A stretch of DNA of 63,838 nt, counting the filler, from Octopus bimaculoides (lineage: Eukaryota): NCBI RefSeq assembly GCF_001194135.2. It is 7 parts of 6 records of this genome, joined end to end, with 100 filler letters (N's around TTAATTAATTAA, not from the genome) between each part and the next. Parts side by side here need not be neighbours in the genome. Positions count along the whole stretch, not along the records: positions 51,780 to 53,514 come from NW_026300745.1; positions 53,615 to 62,156 come from NC_068996.1; positions 62,257 to 63,838 come from NC_069000.1; 4 more parts are not named here. One strand, 5' to 3'. The position numbers and the translations under genes are program-made. The notes beneath the pieces were generated by a model that was not told the DNA's origin, did no database searches, and saw only the letters and a program-made list of their open reading frames with translations. Below are positions 52,173 to 63,838 of the stretch, piece after piece; positions within the stretch are counted from its first letter, which is position 1, and each line of letters begins with the position of its first letter.

Positions 52173-52449
52173 CTAATTTAATGAGCTATCGATGTGTCTT
52201 GCTCAGAAATTATTAGTAATTAATCTTTCAAATGCCACACATTAAATATGTTAGCCCAAACAATTGTGTCTGTGTGACTAATTACATCTATGCTTTTCTA
52301 GTCAAATTTTATAATACTTCATGTGTATGTGTGTGAGTGCATGTGTCTGATCTATCATCTACCAAGATAAATCGGAGCATTGTAGGGGACACCCCCAAAT
52401 GGCAAGTAGCACTCTAAAATAAAAAGGGGAAAAACAAAAAAAAACTTAC

Positions 52450-53230
52450 CAGATCCTGAGGAATTCACGAAACTGTCCCCTTTTTTCTCTGCTTGTTCAT
52501 CATCCTCTTGGACATCAATCAAGTCTTGAGCCTGGTTCCCTCGAGAGGGCTCGCTCAGTTCTCCCCCGCTAAAGTCGTCGTCGACGCCGGCGCTGTCCAG
52601 GGATGATTTCGTAACAATAATGCCTTGCTCTATACTTCCTTCATGCGTTAGCTTCGAAATGTCGGTGCCTTCTGAATCTCCGGCAGAATCCAGCTTGGAA
52701 CGGTCGGCCAGAGAGCCGGGCCGTGCGATGGAATCCCCAAGGCCATCGTCTGGGCTGCTGTCCGGAACAACACTGCTCTGGCTCTCGGGACGGCCTCCAA
52801 CGCTATGGACGTCCGTCTGGGTGTCTTGATCGGATTTCGGTGCCGCAATGGCATAATTGTAGATCTCCCGACTGTTGTTGTTGCTGCCGCTCCATTTCGG
52901 ATCAGCGGTGGGAGTCGTTCCGGCGGTGGAACTTTCTTCAGGAAGCGTTTCCGGATGGGACGAGTCTTCTGAGTCAAAACTCGTGGAGATGAAGACGTCA
53001 TTGCTGAGATTTGAATCCTTACGTACCAACGGTATGTGTCCGTTACTCTCCGATGATAACTTAGCTAAGTTAGCAGCCATAATCTCTTTGTCTCTCTGCC
53101 TGACGATGGCTTCGACAGCCAGCCATTCCGACATCGTCTGCTCGTATGCGGTGTGGACAACGATATCGGCAGCTTCCCTCTCTTTCTCCGTACTGTCGAA
53201 GCCATAATGGCCAAGTAAGTATGGCCAAAC
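52450..53230 (-). CDS. SGSM1/2: Internal coding exon of small G protein signaling modulator (SGSM1/2, RUTBC-type Rab GAP): start of TBC domain plus long acidic Ser-rich insert
   Basis: VWPYLLGHYGFDSTEKEREAADIVVHTAYEQTMSEWLAVEAIVRQRDKE...RKDSNLSNDVFIS matches the SGSM pattern VWPFLLGHY...EW...E.VVRQRERE...RDSTISNDVFIS. Acceptor TTTTATTTCAG|GTT at 53230; donor TCTG|GTAAGT at 52450; 781 nt, phase 0 to phase 1. The track ORF's poly-L start and KFFFV tail are intronic. Confidence 0.93.
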
Positions 53231-53248
53231 CTGAAATAAAATGAAAAA

Positions 53249-53282
<34 letters not shown>

Positions 53283-53614
53283 AGTAGTAGTAGTAGTAGC
53301 AACAGCAGTATCAATAGTAGTAGCATCAGCAGTAGTAGCAGTAGTAGTGGTGGTAGTAGTAGTAGTAGCAGCAGCTGCAGCAGTAGTAGCAGTAGTAGTG
53401 GTGGTAGTAGTAGTAGTAGTAGTAGCAGTAGTAGTAGTGGTGGCAGTAGTAGTAGCAGCAGCTGCAGCAGTAGTAGCTGTATGAGTGGTGGTAGTAGTAG
53501 TAGTAGTAGTAGTANNNNNNNNNNNNNNNNNNNNNNNNNNNNNNNNNNNNNNNNNNNNTTAATTAATTAANNNNNNNNNNNNNNNNNNNNNNNNNNNNNN
53601 NNNNNNNNNNNNNN

Positions 53615-53657
<43 letters not shown>

Positions 53658-53680
53658 CATATAGATATATATATATACAA

Positions 53681-53840
53681 CGGGCTTCTTTCTTTTTCCG
53701 TCTACCAAATCCACTCACAAGGCTTTGGTCGGCCCGAGGCTCTAGTAGAAGACTCTTGCCCAAGATGCTACGCAGTGGAATTGGACCCGGAACCATGTGG
53801 TTGGTAAGCAAGCTACTTACCACACAGCCACTTCTGCGCC
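53681..53840 (-). mobile_element. SINE family B, 5' half, well preserved
   Basis: CCGTCTACCAAATCCACTCACAAGGCTTTGGTCGGCCCGAGGC...ACCACACAGCCACTTCTGCGCC. Confidence 0.8.
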
Positions 53841-54129
53841 TATATATAATATATATAATTTCTATAGTTAAAATTTCAGGGTTATGATCTATAAATTTAA
53901 CAGCAGTTTCCGGTTTGGTGCCTATACCATCTGTGGGCGCTTTGTAACCTATTTATTCAACAGAATTTCCATTCTGTTACGCATGTAATTTTATCAAGTT
54001 TTCTTCATTCATTTACCGAATTAGTTACAAGCCGCCATCCCACATCCTCCATTTAGATTCTTTTTAAATGTGATTCAATAATGTTTTCAGATTTTATCTT
54101 AGCTACAATCTTTAAATATTAGGTTTGGT

Positions 54130-54480
54130 TTTGCCTGTTCGAATTAACATCACATTAATGCCTTCATCTAACTCTTCATTGTCTATAATTTTATACTAAT
54201 TTCAAAGGCCTCATCATGCAGCATTATATATCGTAAAACCCCAATTAACCTAACGTAACTGTTTGGCACGTACCAGTTTCCTGCACTATTTCCGTTCTCT
54301 GTCATTTCTTAAGCTACTATAATGCCCTCTATTCACTTTGTCTATCTCTCCCTACACTTTTCCCCTCCACATGTTTGGATATAGGAAATTATATCTTTCC
54401 TTAGTATGCAATATACCTATACTATTTTGTATTTTATTTGTATAATGTGTCCATTTACTCCCTTTCTTGTACCTCTTACC
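54130..54480 (-). mobile_element. Possible highly decayed Penelope-like GIY-YIG endonuclease fragment
   Basis: Minus-strand translation RKDIISYIQTCGGEKCRER*TK*IE...NGNSA...EAFEISIKL*TMK.(fs)DEG resembles PLE 'VIYKIPC..C...YIGETKR...NSA...EAIEI....MNRDEG'; many stops. Confidence 0.35.
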
Positions 54481-55879
54481 CACTCTCAACATCCCTATTC
54501 TAACTAATACTGATTTTATATTATTTGTTACTATACCTTTTAATTACGTATATTTTACTGCTGGCATATGTACACATGTGTGGCACATGTACGACTTTTA
54601 CATGTCGTACGTGATCTACGTGTCTACATCTAAGTATGCATATCTAGGTATGGATCTTATATGTACCTATGTGTGTAAATTTATAGATATGCATGTGATT
54701 ATTTTTACATGTAGGTACAGATCTAATATGAACGTGTGTATCGGAGTATATGTGTGTGTTCGCATATATATACACATATATATACAATTTATTGTGCATG
54801 TGTATTTATATGTATATGTGTGTGCCCCCTCTTTTTGCACCTGTATGTCTTTATTTGTACAGTTTCTTTATATGTATACCTTAATCGTATATCTACATGA
54901 ATTCCGGTATCTATATACTCGTGTGCAAATATATCTCAACACACGCATGACTAAACATACACACACTCTTCTCCTTATTAGATTATATTTCTTCAATAAT
55001 ATGTGTAAATGTTTGTACTTATGTGTACCCTTTGTGTACCCTTTGTACTTATGTGTACCCCTCTACTCGTATTTTTTCTTATATTCATACTGGCAGGGCA
55101 CCCCTACAACTCAAATACCATTACGACCAGAGTGCCATTCTAAATCCTTCTCACATAATACTAAGCTGGATTATTACCTCTGAAATAATCTTTTAATATA
55201 TACTAAAATACACTTTCTGCATAACCAACACATCCCTATCCAAAAGTTTTATTTTTACTCATCCTTTTCTCCGCTCATTTATCTCCCCTACGTTTATTTT
55301 AGTCTACATCACTACATTTTCAAATTCATTTTCTCATATTTATCAACACAGCAAGTACGTACTACTTTAATTCTAATATTAACAACTGCTTTTTTCTGTT
55401 TTTACTTATTTTTTCTACTTTATCATTAATACGTGTTACCTAATATGATTTTTTATGCAAACATGAGTCCATTATATACATCATTTTCTATCTTTAACCC
55501 ATTCTCATTCCTCTATTTCTTCTACCATTTGTTTACATTAACTATCTAGTATTAGCTTCTCACACACTACTTCCTCACGCTAAACTTTATTCATATGTAT
55601 AGAATTTTAAAAAATAAATACATTATACTATGTACTGATTTCAACAGTTAGTTCTAATCTTAATTCAAATTCTGTACTGGCTCCCCATTGAACATTTCTA
55701 ATATTTATTTGCCCTACGCTACTTATATGGAACTATAATTCTAATCTCTATACTCATCTATAGAGGGAACGTCTCCGATACCTCTTTACTTATATCTTCA
55801 AATAACTGTTGGAGCTGTTAGTTATGGTTAAATATCCGACATGACTCCCATCTCTTTCTCACACAGATACCATTATGAA

Positions 55880-56330
55880 TCTCCTAGAAAGGCAAAGTCG
55901 ACCTCACCGGAATTTGAACTCAGAACGTAGCGGCAGACGAAATAACGCTAAGCATTTCGCCCGGCGTGCTAACGTTTCTGCCAGCTCATTACACACGCAT
56001 AAATATATGTGTGTGTGTGTGATTGTCCTCCACAACTGCATGACAACTGGTGTTGGTATGTTTACATCCCTGCAACTTAGCGGTGCGGCAAAATGGAGTA
56101 ATACAACAAGCATTAGGCTTTGAAAACTGTCTGTTTGTCCCTTTATCACCACTTGACAACTGGTGTTGGTGTGCTTACGTCTCCGTAAACTAGCGCTTCG
56201 TAAAATAGACCGATAGAATAAGTACTAAGCTTTAAATAAAGAAATAAACACGGGGGTCGATTGAAATTACTCAGGGTGGTACCTCAGCATAGCCGCTGCC
56301 ATATGACTGAAACAAGTAAAAGATAAAGAT
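55880..56330. mobile_element. SINE A 5' part (minus, 55880-55988) followed by SINE B 3' part (plus, 56020-56330)
   Basis: Family motifs as above. Confidence 0.7.
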
Positions 56331-57714
56331 GAAAATAATTCGAAAAGCCACAAAGCAGGTTCACTAGGACGTTAACGACTTGATGTTATCGAGTAAATGG
56401 AAGAAAACAAACACTAAGAGGAAAAACTGCGGGATATTCCGTAGAAAGCGAATAATGTTCCGAAGGAGAATTACCAAAGAATTGCAGAAGCAGAAAGGTC
56501 GTCGCCGTAAAAGAAGCCGCAGCAGACGAATAGTCTGATGAAAACAGAACAATCGTATTAATTATCGGAGGTTATTTCTTGAAGACAATGAAAAGTTCTT
56601 TAAAAGATATTTTCATTTTACAAGTCATTCTGAAGAAATATGTTTCATGAACAGAAAATTATTAAAAGACCGAAAGGACCGGTTAATAAAAAAAAAAAAA
56701 AAAAAAAATTAATGATAATAAAGAAAAAGAAAAAGATTGCGATTTCTAGATTTGAAAGCATAAAAATTACAAAATTAAATAATGTAGGAATTGAATGAAA
56801 TATGCGTTATGCAATAGAAGATAATAACAAAGAACAAGAAGTTTTAACATAACACACAAAAAGAAAATGGAAGTAAANNNNNNNNNNNNNNNNNNNNNNN
56901 NNNNNNNNNNNNNNNNNNNNNNNNNNNNNNNNNNNNNNNNNNNNNNNNNNNNNNNNNNNNNNNNNNNNNNNNNNNNNNNNNNNNNNNNNNNNNNNNNNNN
57001 NNNNNNNNNNNNNNNNNNNNNNNNNNNNNNNNNNNNNNNNNNNNNNNNNNNNNNNNNNNNNNNNNNNNNNNNNNNNNNNNNNNNNNNNNNNNNNNNNNNN
57101 NNNNNNNNNNNNNNNNNNNNNNNNNNNNNNNNNNNNNNNNNNNNNNNNNNNNNNNNNNNNNNNNNNNNNNNNNNNNNNNNNNNNNNNNNNNNNNNNNNNN
57201 NNNNNNNNNNNNNNNNNNNNNNNNNNNNNNNNNNNNNNNNNNNNNNNNNNNNNNNNNNNNNNNNNNNNNNNNNNNNNNNNNNNNNNNNNNNNNNNNNNNN
57301 NNNNNNNNNNNNNNNNNNNNNNNNNNNNNNNNNNNNNNNNNNNNNNNNNNNNNNNNNNNNNNNNNNNNNNNNNNNNNNNNNNNNNNNNNNNNNNNNNNNN
57401 NNNNNNNNNNNNNNNNNNNNNNNNNNNNNNNNNNNNNNNNNNNNNNNNNNNNNNNNNNNNNNNNNNNNNNNNNNNNNNNNNNNNNNNNNNNNNNNNNNNN
57501 NNNNNNNNNNNNNNNNNNNNNNNNNNNNNNNNNNNNNNNNNNNNNNNNNNNNNNNNNNNNNNNNNNNNNNNNNNNNNNNNNNNNNNNNNNNNNNNNNNNN
57601 NNNNNNNNNNNNNNNNNNNNNNNNNNNNNNNNNNNNNNNNNNNNNNNNNNNNNNNNNNNNNNNNNNNNNNNNNNNNNNNNNNNNNNNNNNNNNNNNNNNN
57701 NNNNNACACACACA

Positions 57715-57753
<39 letters not shown>

Positions 57754-57784
57754 ACACACACACACACACACATACACACCGGGG

Positions 57785-58245
57785 CTGGAATCTTTCTTAA
57801 ATAGCACCCAAACTGAGGTGATGTGGTCACGTTTTACGGATGAATGATGAGGATGGTTGACCTTTACGACGGTATAAAGACAAATTTAGAGATAATTTAA
57901 AAAACCTCGACATTAAAACTAAAGATTGAGAGGACATTGCAAAAACCGAAATGACTGAAGAAGATGGTCCTACATAAGACTAGCAAAGTTAGAAGCACAA
58001 ATACTTCATCACCATAACTAGTTGCATGAAAACAGAAAGTAAAATTATCAAAATATGAGTAATCTTGTAAACTAACATTGTTGTAATTCTGACTTTGCCG
58101 CCATTTCAGAAGCTGCTTTAACTAGGCATCTTCGTGCTCACACTGCTCGAAGTAATGTAAGTCCGATGTGTGCAACCTGTAATCGATTGTGTAAAACACT
58201 TTGAGAACTGAAAATACATATGCGTAGTCAGCAAATTGAATAAAA
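57785..58245 (+). mobile_element. RTE-type LINE C-terminus with two decayed C2H2 zinc fingers
   Basis: GHVLRMNDEDG*PLRRYKDKFRDNLKNLDIKTKD*EDIA, then C..F.AISEAALTRHLRAH and CATCNRLCKTL*ELKIHMRSQ. Confidence 0.6.
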
Positions 58246-58298
58246 TTCTTTGTGCGTATTAGAATTGTAAATAATGAAAACGAATTAATTATATTATA

Positions 58299-59127
58299 TT
58301 GGGTTGTCCGGAAAGTTCGTGCCGATTTTTAAAGGACAATAAATACTTGCCATTACATTTTTAATCAACCAAATATGAACCATTTTGTTGCACAATGCGT
58401 CTCCATCTTTCCTTTAACTTGAAAACACCATCTTCCAAGAATTGAGGTGGTTTCATGACAAAGAATTCATCTAGGTATCTTTTAACGTCATCCAAGGAAT
58501 TGAAATTTTTACCATTAAGACTATTCTCCAAAGACCTGAATAAGTTAAAATCCGAAGGAACAATATCTGGTGAATATGGAGGGTGGGGTAACACATCCCA
58601 GCCGAGCTGCAGCAATTTTTGTCTGGTTCCCGAAGAAACGTGCGGTCTTGCATTATCATGTTGGAAAACAATACCCTTCCTGTTGAAAATTCTGGATGTT
58701 TCTCTTGAATTGCTGCTTTTAACTTTTCTAGTTGTGTGCTGTATTTCTCAGAATTAATTGTCTGGTTCCTTGGGAGAAGCTCATAGTACAGAATTCCTTT
58801 CCAATCCCACCAGACACAAAGCAAGACTCTTTTAGGGTGAAAGCCCGCTTTTTGGGGTGGCTAAGGGTGGCTCATGTCGCTCACTCCAGGATCGCTTTCT
58901 CTGAACATTTTGGTAGATAATCCATTTATCATCACCTGCCACAATTTGCTTTAAAAAATGCGCGTTTTCATTCCGTTTATAAAGCGAATCACAGATGGAA
59001 ATGCGATCCAAAAGGTTCTTCTCACTCAAATCATGTGGTACCCAAACATCGTAGCGATTTGTGTACCCAAGCTTTTACCAGGTGCTTATAAAGCTTTCTA
59101 CCAATTCTCGGGTTGTGCAATGTGGGT
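58299..59127 (-). mobile_element. Truncated mariner transposon (one TIR, 3' two-thirds of a DD(34)D transposase)
   Basis: TA plus TIR TTGGGTTGTCCGGAAAGTTCGTGCCGATTT at 58297-58328. Motifs NPHCTTREL, VWVPHDLSEK, IVAGDDKWIIY, LLCVWWDWKGILYYELL, HDNARPH, HPPYSPDIVPSDFNLF; frameshifted, 5' end missing. Confidence 0.92.
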
Positions 59128-59130
59128 TCT

Positions 59131-59233
<103 letters not shown>

Positions 59234-59255
59234 GTTATTATTATTATTATCATTA

Positions 59256-59452
59256 GGCGGCGAGCTAGCAGAATCGTTAGCACACCGGGCGAAATGCTTA
59301 CCGGTATTTCGTCTGTCGTTACGTTCTGACTTCAAATTCCGCCGGAGTTGATTTTGCCCTCATCCTTTAAGGTTCGATAAATTAAGTGCCAGTGAAATCG
59401 ACTAGTCACCTCCCCACAAATTTCAGGCCTTGTGGCTATAGTAGAAAGGATT
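59256..59452 (+). mobile_element. SINE family A inside a (TTA)n tract
   Basis: GGCGGCGAGCTAGCAGAATCGTTAGCACACCGGGCGAAATGC...; (TTA)n on both sides. Confidence 0.85.
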
Positions 59453-59474
59453 ATTATTATTATTATTATTATTA

Positions 59475-59540
<66 letters not shown>

Positions 59541-59541
<1 letters not shown>

Positions 59542-59730
59542 GGCGACAAGCTGGAAGAATCGTTAGCACTTCGGGTGAAATGCTTAGCAGTATTTCGTCT
59601 GGCGCTACGTTCTGAGTTCAAATTTCGCCGAAGTCAGATGTGCCTTTTATCCTTTCGAGGTCGATAAATTAAGTATCGACTCATTGCCTCACCCAAAATG
59701 GCTGCCCTTATGGCAAAATTTAAAATCATT
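59541..59730 (+). mobile_element. SINE family A inside a (TTA)n tract
   Basis: Directly follows the (TTA)n tail of the previous copy. Confidence 0.8.
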
Positions 59731-59923
59731 ATTACTATTATCCTTTACTTTAAATCTGCGTGTTTGTTACAGTCACTTACGGAGAAACACCCAATGTCCT
59801 GGGTCGAGTGAAGGATAAGAGATGTTATAGTTTGACTGAAAGCTTGGGGTGGGAAGTAGCAAAATAGTTTCATGTAATACAACAAAGACATTTATGTTGT
59901 TGTTGTTGTTGTTGTTGTTATTA

Positions 59924-59991
<68 letters not shown>

Positions 59992-60557
59992 GTTATTATT
60001 AGCATTTAAGGATTGATGTTACTCCTCCCGAAGGTAAAGGGANNNNNNNNNNNNNNNNNNNNNNNNNNNNNNNNNNNNNNNNNNNNNNNNNNNNNNNNNN
60101 NNNNNNNNNNNNNNNNNNNNNNNNNNNNNNNNNNNNNNNNNNNNNNNNNNNNNNNNNNNNNNNNNNNNNNNNNNNNNNNNNNNNNNNNNNNNNNNNNNNN
60201 NNNNNNNNNNNNNNNNNNNNNNNNNNNNNNNNNNNNNNNNNNNNNNNNNNNNNNNNNNNNNNNNNNNNNNNNNNNNNNNNNNNNNNNNNNNNNNNNNNNN
60301 NNNNNNNNNNNNNNNNNNNNNNNNNNNNNNNNNNNNNNNNNNNNNNNNNNNNNNNNNNNNNNNNNNNNNNNNNNNNNNNNNNNNNNNNNNNNNNNNNNNN
60401 NNNNNNNNNNNNNNNNNNNNNNNNNNNNNNNNNNNNNNNNNNNNNNNNNNNNNNNNNNNNNNNNNNNNNNNNNNNNNNNNNNNNNNNNNNNNNNNNNNNN
60501 NNNNNNNNNNNNNNNNNNNNNNNNNNNNTCCTCCTCCTTCTTCTTCTTCTTCTTCTT

Positions 60558-60885
<328 letters not shown>

Positions 60886-61257
60886 TATTATTATTACTAT
60901 CGTTGTTGCTATTTTCTCTTTTGACCAATGAAAACCCTACATTTTATGCGCTGTATTCCGCCTTTTGAAATAATTCTCAATGTGGTAGGCCATTGTACCC
61001 GATAAAAGAAATAAAGATAATCATCATGATTATCATTATTATCTTCATACTCCTGAGAAGTATGGAATTCTAGATCTGTGAGGTTCCTTGGTTGTCCCTG
61101 GGTGGCGCTTTTACCCACTTTTGTAGAATTGGCTAAAACTTTTCGTTCATTGTTATTGCTTCAATCGTTTACACATTTTTTATGTTATTCCCCACTATCA
61201 TGTTTTTTAGTATTGTCGTAAATGCTATTCACAACCCTTGTGGCCAATAAAGAAAGA

Positions 61258-61296
<39 letters not shown>

Positions 61297-62013
61297 GTTA
61301 TTATTATTATTGTTGTTGTTGTTACTCTTACGTGTTATTGTTTCTGCACCTAGAGATGAACTCTTTTGCTGCCTGCTCACAATGATAATAATAATTTGAA
61401 CCAAACTGAATTGAATTTAGACGCCTACCCCTCTCATAAACGAAGAAAATATCTGTACTCTATTGCATTCTACTTCCTTCATGAATTTGATCACATTAAG
61501 ATAATTCTTTATTCGTTCGTCTTTTATAAACTCCTACGATAAATGTAACCTACATACTTTTTTTCTTTTTAATATGTATTTTCTTCATAAATATTTTCTT
61601 TAAGCATCTTTCGTTTAAAGGAAGATTTTACTCACACACAGAAATATTAAAAACTTCACGCACCTACCCACCTACACAAGATTTCGATATAATCGATGTT
61701 ATTATATGCACTTTCGTTATTGCATATTTTAAGCAATGTTGATAAAAACTGAAGTTGCGTGCATTTCTGAAATAGTGCTTTGCTTTTGATTTAACAGAAA
61801 CGTTGTAATAATGGTTTTTCCCGCCTATTTTTTCCAGCCCGGTACCACTGGGAGTGTAAATTTAACGACAATTTAAGAAAAAAATCCCCAAGGTAATAAA
61901 ATAATTTTGTTATTATTATTATATTTATTATTATTAATATCATTATTATATTTATTATTATTAATATAATAATTATTATTATATTTATTATTGTTCTTCT
62001 TCTTCTTCTTCTT

Positions 62014-62079
<66 letters not shown>

Positions 62080-62848
62080 GCTGTTGTTGTTGTTATTGGT
62101 TTTATCGCTTGCTGAAGCGATGATTGGCTAAACAATTACTAGGGTAGTGCGAACAGNNNNNNNNNNNNNNNNNNNNNNNNNNNNNNNNNNNNNNNNNNNN
62201 TTAATTAATTAANNNNNNNNNNNNNNNNNNNNNNNNNNNNNNNNNNNNNNNNNNNNATATATATATATATACACTCACACACATATACACATACATCTCA
62301 CTAAGACTTGTTGCATATACACACATACAGATAGAGCACACACGCAATCACACACACATAGAAACACACACACACTCACACTCACATTACACGTACGCGT
62401 TCACATACATAAACATATATTAAACACCATTATTTCAATTTTTGTAGACACATTGGTTCAGATTTTTTCATATTTGCATTGCATGAACATTCGTCACTTC
62501 CTTCTAATCTTTCCCACCATTCCACATTTCGGCTCGTTACTCCTGACACTGCCAATCCGTCCTCATTTCTGAGCCACCCACCTTCCCATCCTATCCACCG
62601 CTTCAATCACCCTCTTTCTTCAACTCCTCTTATTTTCAACTCCGTCACATATCCCTTACTTATTTATTCGACTTCTTAGCAAAGTTAGAACAAGACATCC
62701 TGGAATGGGTTGCTGACAAAAGGAAGCCAAAAGAAACACACACACACACACACACACACACACTTACACAAACACGCACGCACGCACACACACACATGAA
62801 CACATACACACACCATACAACACAAGCATATATCTATATATAAATGTT

Positions 62849-62879
<31 letters not shown>

Positions 62880-63235
62880 ATATATGTATGTATATATATG
62901 TATGTGTGCATTAACTTATATAGATATATGTATGGATATGTGTTTAAACTTATATGCATGTGTGTTCGTGTGTGTAGTGTGTGCGTGCGTGTATGTTTAG
63001 TTTGGCGGGCATGCGTATATGTGAGTGAATATATGTATGCATATGCATGTATACATATAGCATACATTCAGAAGACATCATACCATATATATTTAGATAT
63101 ATGAGCCGCATATGCACAGAGGTACAGACGCACACGTACACACATACACACATGTGCACGCAGATACACTCACATACACACTCGTATACACACACGCGTA
63201 CACACGCAAACGTGCACACAAACACACACACTCAT

Positions 63236-63273
<38 letters not shown>

Positions 63274-63783
63274 GTACACACACACACACGTGCACACATA
63301 CACACACACACACATACTCACATATGTATAGATGTACATACACAGAAACTAAATCAATATTTATATTTTATTGTAAGACTCAGTTGATAAGTTCAAAGCT
63401 TTGTAGCAACCATTTTGTTTTGCGAACACACACACACGAACATATACACATACACACACACACAATGCACACATACACATGCAAACAGACATACAAACAC
63501 ACGCACACTCACTGCACATAAATGCATATATGTGGAAGGCCAGGAGCACGCACTAGCTCTGTCGCATTTACACACAAACTTACGCTTACATAGATGAAAA
63601 CATATGTAGCTATCTATACACATATACACACATATATACTGTCAACGAACGAACGAAAAACGAAAAAGGAAAAGAGGATACCAGAATAATCGTAATACAT
63701 CTACCAACACTTTCACGCATACTGCAATCACAACGTTATACACACACACACACACACATACACACGCACACACACACACACAC

Positions 63784-63838
<55 letters not shown>

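Noticed and set aside
54467-55183. 238-aa plus-strand ORF
   Set aside because: Composition is dominated by Y/I/C/V/M from decayed TA/TG repeats; no domain.
61838-61892. Short plus-strand segment bounded by TTTTTCCAG and AG|GTAATA
   Set aside because: Only 55 nt, one open frame, no homology; splice-like motifs are common by chance in AT-rich DNA.

Overview
Eukaryotic, gap-rich and microsatellite-saturated DNA. The repeat landscape and SINE sequences look like a coleoid cephalopod, probably Octopus (my inference). Almost all long ORFs in the supplied track are microsatellite or N-gap artefacts. There is one confidently identifiable host exon: a 781-nt minus-strand internal exon (52450-53230) of an SGSM1/SGSM2 (RUTBC) Rab-GAP, covering the start of the TBC domain and its acidic insert. 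It sits on a ~1.7-kb contig bounded by artificial N44-TTAATTAATTAA-N44 linkers, and I found no other SGSM exons. The rest is transposon debris: a full-length 1286-bp mariner with TIRs and TA TSDs, a second truncated mariner, restriction-like-endonuclease (R4/Dong-type) LINE ends embedded in (TAA)n and (TACA)n tracts, RTE, CR1/L2 and possible Penelope/L1 fragments, several tRNA-derived SINE families, and MITEs. The observations no ORF track shows are: (i) dispersed minimal type-I hammerhead-ribozyme motifs, one in the spacer of a long-TIR, (TA)n-embedded MITE; (ii) a tRNA-like fold on top of a ~20-bp extended stem, flanked by ~82-bp diverged direct repeats; (iii) two different R4/Dong LINE ends stacked in one TAA tract, plus a family apparently tied to (TACA)n; (iv) an RTE LINE with twin-priming-type 5' inversion geometry. 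All homology calls come from my own motif recognition, not database searches. Boundaries of decayed repeats are approximate (about +/-10-20 nt).
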